The position numbers and the translations under genes were made by a program. The notes under the pieces were generated by a model that did not search any database, was not told where the DNA came from, and was given only the letters and a program-made list of their open reading frames with translations. A stretch of DNA of 29,153 nucleotides from a virus (Duplodnaviria > Caudoviricetes). Shown here in pieces: positions 8,449-17,369 of the stretch (its first letter is position 1; the number at the start of each line of letters is the position of its first letter). The DNA is taken from positions 1 through 29,153 of IMG/VR virus record IMGVR_UViG_3300011334_000219; one strand, 5' to 3'.

Positions 8449-9515
8449 TGCCGCCCTTCGTCGTATTCTCTTTACCTAGGTCACGGTCAGCTTGGCTGTC
8501 CCAGTTTCTGACTTACGGTGAATGGGTGTGCGGCCATGAAGAGTTACGGCATATGCGTAGCATTGACGATGTGCAGGCATGGTTTTCGCAACCTAACATC
8601 GGCACGGCAGAAACTGCCGGTGCGCCTTGGTGGCGGCTGCTAGACAAGTTTGCGCCCAACGCACGCGTTCTGGTTGTCCGCCGTCCGCGTGACGAAGTTG
8701 CCGAAAGTCTGATGAAGATAGCCGGCACGCAGTTTGACCGCGCTGGTCTTGACGCCCTACTGCTGAAGCTGGACCGCAGCCTAGACCAGATTGAGGCGCG
8801 GCTACCCAACGTCTTGTCCGTATCGTTCGACAGCCTGAACGATGAAGACACTTGCGCGGCAGTGTTTGAGCATTGCCTTCAGCAGCCGCATGATCTTGAC
8901 CACTATGCGCGTATGGCGCCTGTTAACATCCAGATCAATTTACCCGCAATGATGCGTCACTACAACGCATACGCACCAGCAATGGAAAAGTTGGCATCGG
9001 TTGCCAAGCACCAGACGATAACGGCGTTTGCGCCAAAAATTAACGAGCCGCCCGAAGGTGTCACCTTTCAGACAGAAGACTTTGATAGTTGGGTGCGCGA
9101 CGCCGACAGTCTGTTTGACGAGCATCTTATTCAGGTAGGCGAAACACCGGGCAACTGGCAGAATAAAAACTTGCCGCTTATGCGCGCGCTAGATGATGTT
9201 GGCGCTATGCAGATAATGACCGCGCGGTGTAATGGCCGTATGTTTGGTTATTTGATGACGCTAATAGCCCCATCGTTGACTTCGCCTGACATTCTGTCCG
9301 CGACAAACACTACATTCTTTGCGTCGCCAGAGTTCCCCGGTTTAGGGTTGAAGTTGCAACGTGAGGCAATTAAAGAGTTAAAAAATAAAGGTGTTGACGA
9401 AGTCTTTTTTGAGGCAGGCAAAAGGGGTTCTGGTCCCCGTATTTCTATGCTATATAAGCGCCTAGGCGCGCAAGATCACGGTAGTGCATACCGTTTGCAA
9501 CTGAAGGAAGCGTAA
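8448..9515 (+). CDS. Two-domain protein: sulfotransferase-like P-loop domain plus GNAT acetyltransferase-like domain
   Basis: FVVFSLPRSRSAWL, CGHE, VLVVRRP in the N-half; MFGYL, FFASPEFPGLGLKL, LYKRLG in the C-half. Confidence 0.6.
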   Translation: MPPFVVFSLPRSRSAWLSQFLTYGEWVCGHEELRHMRSIDDVQAWFSQPNIGTAETAGAPWWRLLDKFAPNARVLVVRRPRDEVAESLMKIAGTQFDRAGLDALLLKLDRSLDQIEARLPNVLSVSFDSLNDEDTCAAVFEHCLQQPHDLDHYARMAPVNIQINLPAMMRHYNAYAPAMEKLASVAKHQTITAFAPKINEPPEGVTFQTEDFDSWVRDADSLFDEHLIQVGETPGNWQNKNLPLMRALDDVGAMQIMTARCNGRMFGYLMTLIAPSLTSPDILSATNTTFFASPEFPGLGLKLQREAIKELKNKGVDEVFFEAGKRGSGPRISMLYKRLGAQDHGSAYRLQLKEA

Positions 9516-9516
9516 A

Positions 9517-11028
9517 ATGGGTTTAGCAGCAGCAGCAGCAGTAGTCGGGACGGCAGTAGTCGGCGGCGTCGTATCTGCTAAAGCGTCCAGCAAAGCCGCT
9601 CAAGCGCAAGTGACCGCGTCTAACACTGCGGCAGTAGCGCAAGAACGTGCAGCGGCGCTGGGATTAGAAGCGCAGCGCACCGCGTCGGCTGAGTCCGTTG
9701 CAGCGGCAAGAGAAGCAGCAGCAGTAGCGCAGCAGGCGCAGAATGAAGCAAATTTTCAGGCGCAAAATTTGGAGCGCCTGCGCTACAACGAAGCGCGTAT
9801 TGCGGACCAGACGGCGTTTACTGGCGCGGAAGCAGCTTTAGGTAAGGGTTATGATACCGCCCTAGACGCATACCGTTCTTCGTATGGCGGGGCGCAGGCG
9901 GCTAGCGATTTGGGTTTTGACACCGCCTTGGGCGACGTTAATAGGGGCTACGACACAGCCCTAACCGGCGTCAACAGGGGTTATGACGAGGCTCAAGCTG
10001 CCGCGGAACTGGGCTATACTACCGCTCAAGGTGATTTTGAGAAAGCGTATCAGCGGCAAGGCGAATTCCAGCAGCCATTTATAAAAAGCGGCCTTACTGC
10101 TCAAGAGCAGATTATGCAGCTTATGGGCCTTGGCGGCGACACGACTGCTGCCAATTATGGTGAGTATGCTAAGGCTTTTGGTGTAGACCAGTTCCAGCAA
10201 GACCCCGGCTATGCTTTCCGTATGGCAGAAGGTCTAAAGGGGTTAGATCGGTCGGCATCTGCGCGCGGCGGCGTATTGTCCGGTGGCGCGTTGAAAGGCA
10301 TCCAGCGGTTTAGTCAAGACTTAGCCAGCCAAGAATATCAAAACGCGTTTAACCGCGCTCAAACTGAACGCGCTGCCCGCCTTAATACGCTTGGCGGTTT
10401 GTCATCTGCGGGTCAGTCAGCATCAAATGTCATGACGGGTGCGGCGGGGCAGCTTGGTTCAAGCAGCGCGGCAAACGCTTTGGCGCGGGCGCAGGCGACA
10501 TCCGCAAACTCTATAGGCCGCGGGGCCGCAACTGGCAATCTTGCTGTAAATCGAGGGACCGCAACCGGCAATATCGCTATGAACCGCGGCGCGACAACGT
10601 CAGCAAATCTTTTGAACCTTGGCGAAGCGACCGCTGGGATTGGTTTGGCGCGCGGTAACACAACCGCCCAAAACCTTATGAACCAGAGCGCAGCGACTAA
10701 AGCAAACGATGCGGCATACTACGGCACAGTAGGCGGTCTTACGCTGGACCGAGGCACGAACACCGCAAATAACGCGTTCTACGTTTCAGACGCGGCGCAG
10801 CGCGGCGCGGCAAACATAGGCAACGCGGCTATGCAAAGCGCTTACAATATTGGCAACGCTCAAGCCAACAACGCAACCAACATAGGGAACGCCCGCGCGT
10901 CAGGCTATGCAGGGACAGCTAACGCGTTTAACAACGCCCTTGGACAAATATCTGGCTATGTTACCGCGGCGCCTATGAACAACGCCATAATGGGTTACTA
11001 CAACCGCACCAAACCACCCGTCGGTTAA
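9517..11028 (+). CDS. DNA ejection/transfer protein, P22 gp7-like, with 11-residue repeats
   Basis: Hydrophobic Ala/Gly N-terminus; DPGYAFR..EG and RGGVLSGGALK core; first of three large genes before lysis. Confidence 0.75.
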   Translation: MGLAAAAAVVGTAVVGGVVSAKASSKAAQAQVTASNTAAVAQERAAALGLEAQRTASAESVAAAREAAAVAQQAQNEANFQAQNLERLRYNEARIADQTAFTGAEAALGKGYDTALDAYRSSYGGAQAASDLGFDTALGDVNRGYDTALTGVNRGYDEAQAAAELGYTTAQGDFEKAYQRQGEFQQPFIKSGLTAQEQIMQLMGLGGDTTAANYGEYAKAFGVDQFQQDPGYAFRMAEGLKGLDRSASARGGVLSGGALKGIQRFSQDLASQEYQNAFNRAQTERAARLNTLGGLSSAGQSASNVMTGAAGQLGSSSAANALARAQATSANSIGRGAATGNLAVNRGTATGNIAMNRGATTSANLLNLGEATAGIGLARGNTTAQNLMNQSAATKANDAAYYGTVGGLTLDRGTNTANNAFYVSDAAQRGAANIGNAAMQSAYNIGNAQANNATNIGNARASGYAGTANAFNNALGQISGYVTAAPMNNAIMGYYNRTKPPVG

Positions 11029-11042
11029 AAAGGTTTATTGAT

Positions 11043-12836
11043 ATGCCAAGCCAAACGATGCCTAAGATAAACTTGCTCAAGATGCCGGACCCAGCCGCGC
11101 AGACCGCGAAGTACGTCAACATGATGAACGCGACGAAGCAGCAGGAAGCGGCTGAACGTCAAGCCGACGCGGCGCAAAAAACGTTAAAGTTGCAGCAAGA
11201 ACGCGGCGCGCGGGAAGAAGCATTGCAACCATCTGCGTTGGCTAAAGGAAAAACTGAAGCTGACGTTGCCCAATTAGATTACGTCATGAAATTCTATAAG
11301 GCGACGGCTAATGATATAGCCAACTCAAGCACGCCTGATGAAGTTGTAGCGCGCGCCGAACGGTTAAAGCAGCAGTTTTCTGATCCTGCGCTTCAAGCGC
11401 GGGTAGATGAAACAGTAGCTAACTTAGTAAACGACCCTAGTAGGTTTGAGGAAAACCGTAAGAAGATACTTATCCGCACTTTGGACGCTAAGGATCAGTT
11501 TGCGGTAAGCCACAGCGACATTTTCGACGCTGAAGGAAACCTATACATTAAGGAAACAAGCCCTACAGGTTCTTTCCCAACTAGAATAATGCCCGGCGTT
11601 GTAACCGGCCCTGCAAACACCGGCGCAGCGCCTGCACCCGCACCTAGGACGCCAACCGCACCACAGGCAGCAGCACCTAATCCTTTTGCGTCTGGCTACA
11701 AACCGAATAGCGCCGCCGCCCCAGTTAACTCGCTTTCGCTGGTTGTGGATTCCGCGCTGGAAACGGGCGTCATGGCAAAGGCGGACTTTGATAAGCTGGT
11801 TAGTATTGCTCAACCCGGAAGCGGACCAAAGCTTGAGGCTTGGGCGCGTCAGCATAATATAACTATCGCGCCAAACGCCCCCGGCGTCACCGACAATCAG
11901 GTACGCGGCGCGCCCGCAACCTTGCCTGATCAAATGGCTGTCTCGCCAATGTCGTATGACGGCAAGACTCCGCAATCGCAGTTTGCTAATTTACCCGCAC
12001 AGCCAATGCAATCGCAGACCGCCGGCTTAACCGGCGCTCCGCAGATGCAGAACACGATGGCGCAATATCAGGTCGGCCAGCAAATTAAAGGCCGCAATCC
12101 AAGTGTATCGCCAGCCCCCGGCATTTACGGCGTCCCCACGCAAGATGTGGCGGCAACGTCGCGTGCCACACGTCCATCAAAGCAAGAAATGTATGATGCG
12201 GAAGCAGCAAAAATTCAAGCTGCGCGTGACGCTGGCCCCGCGCCGGTAACGGCACAGCAGAAAATTGCACGTAAAAGTGAAGTGGCACAGGCGTACAGCA
12301 GGGCGCAGACGCTTATAGACAAAGCGTATAACCCTAAAGAGGGAATTATCTCTATCGCCAATAAAATCAAATCGCTTTCGCCCGACCAAAAGGAAGCTAT
12401 TACTGGTTTTAGCGGGTACGTTCCTTCATTCCGCGAATCCACTAAAGAAGCAGACACGCTTTTTGGCAACTTAAAAGGTGTAGTTACGTCGCTGGGTAAA
12501 GATGCTGCCGCTGCTTCTGGCGCAGTCGGAAATATGGCCGTGCAAGAGTGGAAGATTGCCGCCGACATGATTGCCGATCTTAAACTTGAAGGTATGACGC
12601 CGCGCGCGCTTGACGCGCAAATGGATCGCATCATCGAACAAGTTCGTAACGCAACCAATCTTGCTGAACGCGTGTACAATATTCAGTTTGGCGATGACGT
12701 TAAAGAACTTCCTGCGTTTAAGCTAAGAGGAACGCCGCCCGCCAAAACAAAAACGCTGGTCACTAAAGCGCCTTCTGGCGTGACCGCTACGGAATGGAAA
12801 GCAATGACTCCAGCGGAGCGTAAATTATGGCAATGA
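11043..12836 (+). CDS. DNA ejection/internal virion protein (597 aa)
   Basis: Position after the gp7-like gene; Ala/Gln/Pro-rich low-complexity linker between helical regions. Confidence 0.6.
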   Translation: MPSQTMPKINLLKMPDPAAQTAKYVNMMNATKQQEAAERQADAAQKTLKLQQERGAREEALQPSALAKGKTEADVAQLDYVMKFYKATANDIANSSTPDEVVARAERLKQQFSDPALQARVDETVANLVNDPSRFEENRKKILIRTLDAKDQFAVSHSDIFDAEGNLYIKETSPTGSFPTRIMPGVVTGPANTGAAPAPAPRTPTAPQAAAPNPFASGYKPNSAAAPVNSLSLVVDSALETGVMAKADFDKLVSIAQPGSGPKLEAWARQHNITIAPNAPGVTDNQVRGAPATLPDQMAVSPMSYDGKTPQSQFANLPAQPMQSQTAGLTGAPQMQNTMAQYQVGQQIKGRNPSVSPAPGIYGVPTQDVAATSRATRPSKQEMYDAEAAKIQAARDAGPAPVTAQQKIARKSEVAQAYSRAQTLIDKAYNPKEGIISIANKIKSLSPDQKEAITGFSGYVPSFRESTKEADTLFGNLKGVVTSLGKDAAAASGAVGNMAVQEWKIAADMIADLKLEGMTPRALDAQMDRIIEQVRNATNLAERVYNIQFGDDVKELPAFKLRGTPPAKTKTLVTKAPSGVTATEWKAMTPAERKLWQ

Positions 12837-14791
12837 CACTAGACCAGCAACGCGCGCTTGCGCTTGCCCGCGCCCGCGTTCGCTCTGGTCAGAACGCGCC
12901 GCCACCAAAGAAAGCGCCGCCTAAGCGTTCGTTGTTTGGCGCCGCTGTTGAAGCTATACCTAACATCCCCTCTAGTGCTGCCGAGTTTGCAACAGGGCTT
13001 TACACCGCCGTCACTAACCCTATAGAAACGGCAGGCACGCTTCTCGACATTGCGGCAGGCGGTTTAAAAACCGGCGCGCAAAAAGCGTTGCCGAAAAACG
13101 TGTATAATTTCATTAATGATTTGGACGCCAACCCCCAAGCGGCGGAGCGGGCCATGCGTACAGCGCAACAGTTTGGCGGTCAGATGGCCGACCGCTACGG
13201 TACATATGACGCCATTAAAAATACGCTGGCGACTGATCCGGTAGGTTTCGCGGCTGATATGTCTACGCTGCTATCTGGCGGTTCCAGCGTTGCTGCGCGC
13301 GCAGGTAGAACTGGCCCCGCCGGCGCATTAAATAAAATGGCGCAAGTTACAAACCCAGTAAATGTGCTGAAGCCTGCTGGCCGTGCTGTTGCCAAAGCCG
13401 CTGGGCGGGCGCCACTTAAAATTGCTAACGTTATGGCGCCTAAGTCGGCGGCGTATATGGAAGCCGCCGAAGGGCGCGCGCCAGAACTTATCGCTCAGCT
13501 TCGCGCGCCCAGTGAGATTGTGCCGGGCAGCAGACCAACTGCCGCGCAGCAAGCGTCGCCTTTGGGCCTTACTAAGTTTTCGGCAATGGGTGAGGCCGGC
13601 GCCAAAGCAAAGCCATCTGAATATCTGGCCCGCGCAAACGAAGCCGAAGCCGCGCGGCTTGCCAGCCTTCGGACAGTTGGTGGCACGCCCGGCGACCGCA
13701 CGGCGGCGGTTACTGCGCGCAGAGCGGCTACAGACCCGCTATACGCTGCTGCTGAAACGAAGAAGTTTCGCGCCGATCCAAAACTTATGCAGTTGGCTGA
13801 TGACCCTTACATTAAGCAGGCGATGCCAGATGCGGCACGACTTTCTGCGTCGCAGGGTGTGACGTTTGATAGCAATCCAACACGGTATATTCACAACGTT
13901 AAAATTTCGTTAGATAAGATGCTTACGAAAACCGGCGAAACTGCGTTGGCGTCTACTGAACGCGCGCAAGTTGCAAAGGTAAAGACGCAACTGGTTAATT
14001 GGCTGGAGTCTAAAGCGCCTGAGTACGGTGCGGCACGCACGACATTTGCCGAAAAGTCCAAGCCGATCAACCAGATGGAAGTCGGTCAATATCTTGAAGG
14101 TAAACTTACGGCGCCGCTAGAAGGCGGAGCGGAACGCGCTGGCGCGTTTGCGACCGCAGTTAAAGACGCGCCGGGGACGTTGAAGCGCGCGACTACTGGC
14201 GAAGCGCGGTTCAAAGAACTGACTGATGTGCTAACGCCTGAACAGGCGGGTGTTGTTATGGCTATACGCGACGATCTTGCGCGGGTCGCCGCGACCAAAA
14301 CGCAAGCCCAGAAGGGTGCATCTGCCGCGCCGCGCATCTCTCAGTTAGCGTCGCAGACCGGAGATATGCCTGCGTTGCTAAACCGTGCCGCGACCATTGC
14401 GAACACGATCTTCAACCGTCTTCAAGGCCAAATCGACCGTAAATTGGCTATCGAAATTGCCACAGAAATGCTTGACCCGCAAGCAACCGCCGCGGCTATA
14501 GAAAAAGCAGCGACGCGGGAGAGAAGGGCGACCACAACAGGCCGCGTTACGGGGGCCACCGCTCGTGGCGCAGGTAAAGTCTTAGGTTCTACGCCGGTTA
14601 AGGCCGGCGCGCAGACGCAGAATATTATGACGCAAGCGCAAAACCAAAACGCCATGAACAATATATACGGCATCTCTGAGTTCCCTGACTTCGATCCTGA
14701 AACCGGCGAACCGCTGATAGATATTGATTACTCCGAAGGCTATCCTGTACCGATATACGGCACAGTCCCCCGCAACATGATGAGGCGCTAA
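12827..14791 (+). CDS. DNA ejection/internal virion protein (654 aa)
   Basis: Ala-rich helical protein, last of the ejection trio; LATDPVGFAAD motif. Confidence 0.6.
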   Translation: MAMTLDQQRALALARARVRSGQNAPPPKKAPPKRSLFGAAVEAIPNIPSSAAEFATGLYTAVTNPIETAGTLLDIAAGGLKTGAQKALPKNVYNFINDLDANPQAAERAMRTAQQFGGQMADRYGTYDAIKNTLATDPVGFAADMSTLLSGGSSVAARAGRTGPAGALNKMAQVTNPVNVLKPAGRAVAKAAGRAPLKIANVMAPKSAAYMEAAEGRAPELIAQLRAPSEIVPGSRPTAAQQASPLGLTKFSAMGEAGAKAKPSEYLARANEAEAARLASLRTVGGTPGDRTAAVTARRAATDPLYAAAETKKFRADPKLMQLADDPYIKQAMPDAARLSASQGVTFDSNPTRYIHNVKISLDKMLTKTGETALASTERAQVAKVKTQLVNWLESKAPEYGAARTTFAEKSKPINQMEVGQYLEGKLTAPLEGGAERAGAFATAVKDAPGTLKRATTGEARFKELTDVLTPEQAGVVMAIRDDLARVAATKTQAQKGASAAPRISQLASQTGDMPALLNRAATIANTIFNRLQGQIDRKLAIEIATEMLDPQATAAAIEKAATRERRATTTGRVTGATARGAGKVLGSTPVKAGAQTQNIMTQAQNQNAMNNIYGISEFPDFDPETGEPLIDIDYSEGYPVPIYGTVPRNMMRR

Positions 14792-14793
14792 CA

Positions 14794-14976
14794 ATGGCTA
14801 GTATCGACGAAACCCAAGCGCAGCTTAACACACACGAACAAGTCTGCGCTTTTCGGTACGAAAGTATCTGCGCGCGGATGAAGCGTCTGGAAAGCATTGG
14901 CATGACTGCGACAGGTACAATCATCATGCTGCTGATTGGCATATTAATAAGCCTGCTGCAAAAGGGCGCTGCATGA
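14794..14976 (+). CDS. Small membrane protein (coiled N-terminus plus C-terminal TM), lysis-associated
   Basis: HEQVCAFRY motif followed by the hydrophobic TGTIIMLLIGILISLL; directly before the endolysin. Confidence 0.7.
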   Translation: MASIDETQAQLNTHEQVCAFRYESICARMKRLESIGMTATGTIIMLLIGILISLLQKGAA

Positions 14977-15365
14977 GTATAGTCTTAGGCCAGCGCAGTT
15001 TGTCACGACTTGAAGGCGTACATCCTGATCTGGTGCGCGTAGTCAAGAAGGCGGCTGCGCTGTCAGACCTTGACTTTACGGTGTTAGAAGGCATACGCAG
15101 CGTCGAGCGGCAGAAGCAGCTAGTTAGCCAAGGCGCGTCGAAGACGATGAACTCGCGTCACATCACTGGTCACGCTGTCGATCTAGCGCCTATGATTGCT
15201 GGCGAAGTACGTTGGGATTGGCCGCTGTATCACAAGCTGGCTAAGATAGTTAAGGCCGCTGCGGCGGATGAGAAAGTCCCGCTCCAATGGGGTGGTGATT
15301 GGCGCGCGTTCAAGGATGGCCCACATTGGGAACTGCCTTGGAAGTTTTATCCGAAGGGAAAATAA
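14973..15365 (+). CDS. Endolysin, M15 family (L-Ala-D-Glu-type) Zn peptidase
   Basis: EGIRS..RQ, SRHITGHAVD, WGGDW, DGPHWEL motifs. Confidence 0.92.
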   Translation: MSIVLGQRSLSRLEGVHPDLVRVVKKAAALSDLDFTVLEGIRSVERQKQLVSQGASKTMNSRHITGHAVDLAPMIAGEVRWDWPLYHKLAKIVKAAAADEKVPLQWGGDWRAFKDGPHWELPWKFYPKGK

Positions 15366-15366
15366 C

Positions 15367-15543
15367 ATGAAAATCGTATCTTGGGTAGTAACCCGTTTGA
15401 AAGAGCCTAGCACATACGCAGGCTTCGCTGGCATCGCATTGGCGTTCGGCTTGTCCGACGCGCAGTGGGCTACAATCTCCACGGCAGTTGCCGGTCTGGC
15501 TGGTGTAGCCGCTATGCTTCTGTCTGAAGCACCCGCCGAATAA
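15367..15543 (+). CDS. Putative holin (58 aa, two hydrophobic segments)
   Basis: MKIVSWVVTRLKEPSTYAG...; ATG at 15367 just after the endolysin stop; ORF-track start at 15268 judged too far upstream. Confidence 0.7.
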   Translation: MKIVSWVVTRLKEPSTYAGFAGIALAFGLSDAQWATISTAVAGLAGVAAMLLSEAPAE

Positions 15544-15755
15544 TGAAGTTCCTGACGGCCCTGCTGGGTATCATTAACAAGCTTTTAGGGCTTTGGAATG
15601 AGAACCGTTGGAAGCAGCGGGGCCGTCAAGAAACCATTAAGGAAATGAACGATGCCATTAATCGTCAAATCGAGCTGGGCGAGGCTGCTGTCATCGTCCC
15701 TGATCCTGAGCGCGACGAACGGTTGCGCGACCGTTTCGACCGTTCCCGTAAATAG
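15543..15755 (+). CDS. Putative inner-membrane spanin (Rz-like)
   Basis: Hydrophobic N-terminus, charged helical tail; overlapped by a lipoprotein ORF. Confidence 0.6.
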   Translation: MKFLTALLGIINKLLGLWNENRWKQRGRQETIKEMNDAINRQIELGEAAVIVPDPERDERLRDRFDRSRK

Positions 15756-15885
15756 CTATTGTGCTATTGCGAAGCCTATAAGTTACGACGCGACGAAAGA
15801 CACATCAGAAACTATCAGAGAAATAGAGGCGCATAACAGCGCCTTTATTTGTATCTGTGAGGCTGATTGCCCGAAAGGCAAATAA
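15652..15885 (+). CDS. Putative outer-membrane spanin lipoprotein (Rz1-like)
   Basis: +1-frame overlap with the Rz-like gene; signal-like LLSSSLILSATNG-C; further Cys residues. Confidence 0.65.
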   Translation: MPLIVKSSWARLLSSSLILSATNGCATVSTVPVNSYCAIAKPISYDATKDTSETIREIEAHNSAFICICEADCPKGK

Positions 15886-17082
15886 ATGCCGTCATCCATA
15901 TTTATAGACCCAGAGTTGTACAAATATTGTACACCCCGTCAGCGTGAGATGCTTGAGGCCATTCAAGAACACGGCGGCGCTAGGGCTGCGTCGATTGCAA
16001 TGGGCATCAACATAGGCGGCGCAAGCGACGCTTACCTTGCGGTCAAGAAGAAAGCGGCGTTGCAGGGCTACGCGCCCGAAAACGACTTCACTCGGCCAGT
16101 GCCGCAGGGCTATGTCACCAAGGGCGTGTCAACCTACTACAACTCCGAAGGCAAGCCATCAGGCCAGTGGGTCAAAGCGTCGCTGACGCATGAGGCGATG
16201 GTAGAAGCCATGCGTGAGACAGTCGCTGGCTTCAAGGATCAGATACAGCCGGCGGACATTATCGTCGCGCCAGAGGCTACTGAAGAGCATCTGTGCAACC
16301 TGTACACTTTCACCGACTACCACCTTGGTATGCTGGCATGGCATCAGGAAGGCGGCGCTGATTGGAACGTATCTAAAGCAGAGCAAACTATCCTTGCGGC
16401 GCTGGCGCAGATGATCAACCAAAGCCCGACAGCGCACACGGCAGTTGTCAACATCCAAGGCGACTTCCTGCACACCGACGGCAAGACGCCTGTGACGCCA
16501 GCGTCCAAGCACGTTCTGGATGCGGACAGCCGCTTCCCAAAGATACGCCGCGCAGCCATCCGCATCATCCGCTCACTGGTGACGCTGTCGTTGCAGCGAC
16601 ATCAAGAAGTGTATCTGATTATAGCCGAAGGCAATCACGACGAAGAAAGCAGCGGCTGGTTAGCCGATTTGTTTTCTGTGCATTACGAAGAAGAACCGCG
16701 CGTCACTGTCAACGACAGCGTCCTGCCGTTCTATGTATTTGAGTGGGGCAACACCATGCTGGGCGTGCACCACGGTCACAAGGTTAAGAACGAAAACCTA
16801 CCGCTGCTGTTCGCCGCGCAGTTCCCGCAACAGTGGGGTCGCACTACCCGCCGTGAGATACACTGCGGCCACCGCCATCACCGCGACGAAAAAGAATATA
16901 ATGGTGTGACAGTTGTGCAACACCCGACGCTGGCTGCGCGGGATGCCTACGCTGCACGCGGCGGCTGGATCGCAGACCGCGCGGCATGGGCCATCACGTA
17001 CCATAAAGAGTACGGCGCTGTGGGCCGCGTCATGGTCACAACTGAAATGCTAGGTGCGCCTAGCCATCAGGCGACCGATTAG
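15886..17082 (+). CDS. Calcineurin-like metallophosphoesterase with an N-terminal HTH-like region
   Basis: TDYHLG, GDFLH, GNHD, HHGH and GHRHH motifs in canonical order; TPRQREMLEAI...ARAASIAMGI HTH-like start. Confidence 0.85.
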   Translation: MPSSIFIDPELYKYCTPRQREMLEAIQEHGGARAASIAMGINIGGASDAYLAVKKKAALQGYAPENDFTRPVPQGYVTKGVSTYYNSEGKPSGQWVKASLTHEAMVEAMRETVAGFKDQIQPADIIVAPEATEEHLCNLYTFTDYHLGMLAWHQEGGADWNVSKAEQTILAALAQMINQSPTAHTAVVNIQGDFLHTDGKTPVTPASKHVLDADSRFPKIRRAAIRIIRSLVTLSLQRHQEVYLIIAEGNHDEESSGWLADLFSVHYEEEPRVTVNDSVLPFYVFEWGNTMLGVHHGHKVKNENLPLLFAAQFPQQWGRTTRREIHCGHRHHRDEKEYNGVTVVQHPTLAARDAYAARGGWIADRAAWAITYHKEYGAVGRVMVTTEMLGAPSHQATD

Positions 17083-17181
17083 TATCACCGCCTCACCTAA
17101 GTCTTCTGGCACATGGCCTGCCCGCAGCATGGCAAGCACCTTTTCTAGTGCCTCTGCTGCGGCTGCCGCATGGTCTGTCAT
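17050..17181 (-). CDS. Small hypothetical protein (43 aa), not in the ORF track
   Basis: MTDHAAAAAEALEKVLAMLRAGHVPEDLGEAVILIGRLMARRT*; ATGA coupling with the 17178-17369 gene. Confidence 0.55.
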   Translation of the reverse strand: MTDHAAAAAEALEKVLAMLRAGHVPEDLGEAVILIGRLMARRT

Positions 17182-17369
17182 TTCTTTAACCCTACCATAA
17201 TCTCGACGCGCTCCCGCGCTGTCCGCATCGCAGAGTAACGCTGGTGCAACCGCCGGGCTATGGCTGGGCGCTTGTGCGTCTTCAGTTCAGCGTCCAGCGC
17301 CTGCTTTAGCTGGTCTTCCGTAAGGTCAGACAGCACGGCAATCATCGACCGCCAGTTTAGTTTACTCAT
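17178..17369 (-). CDS. Hypothetical protein (63 aa)
   Basis: RLHQRYSAMRTARER motif; overlaps the helicase stop. Confidence 0.7.
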   Translation of the reverse strand: MSKLNWRSMIAVLSDLTEDQLKQALDAELKTHKRPAIARRLHQRYSAMRTARERVEIMVGLKK

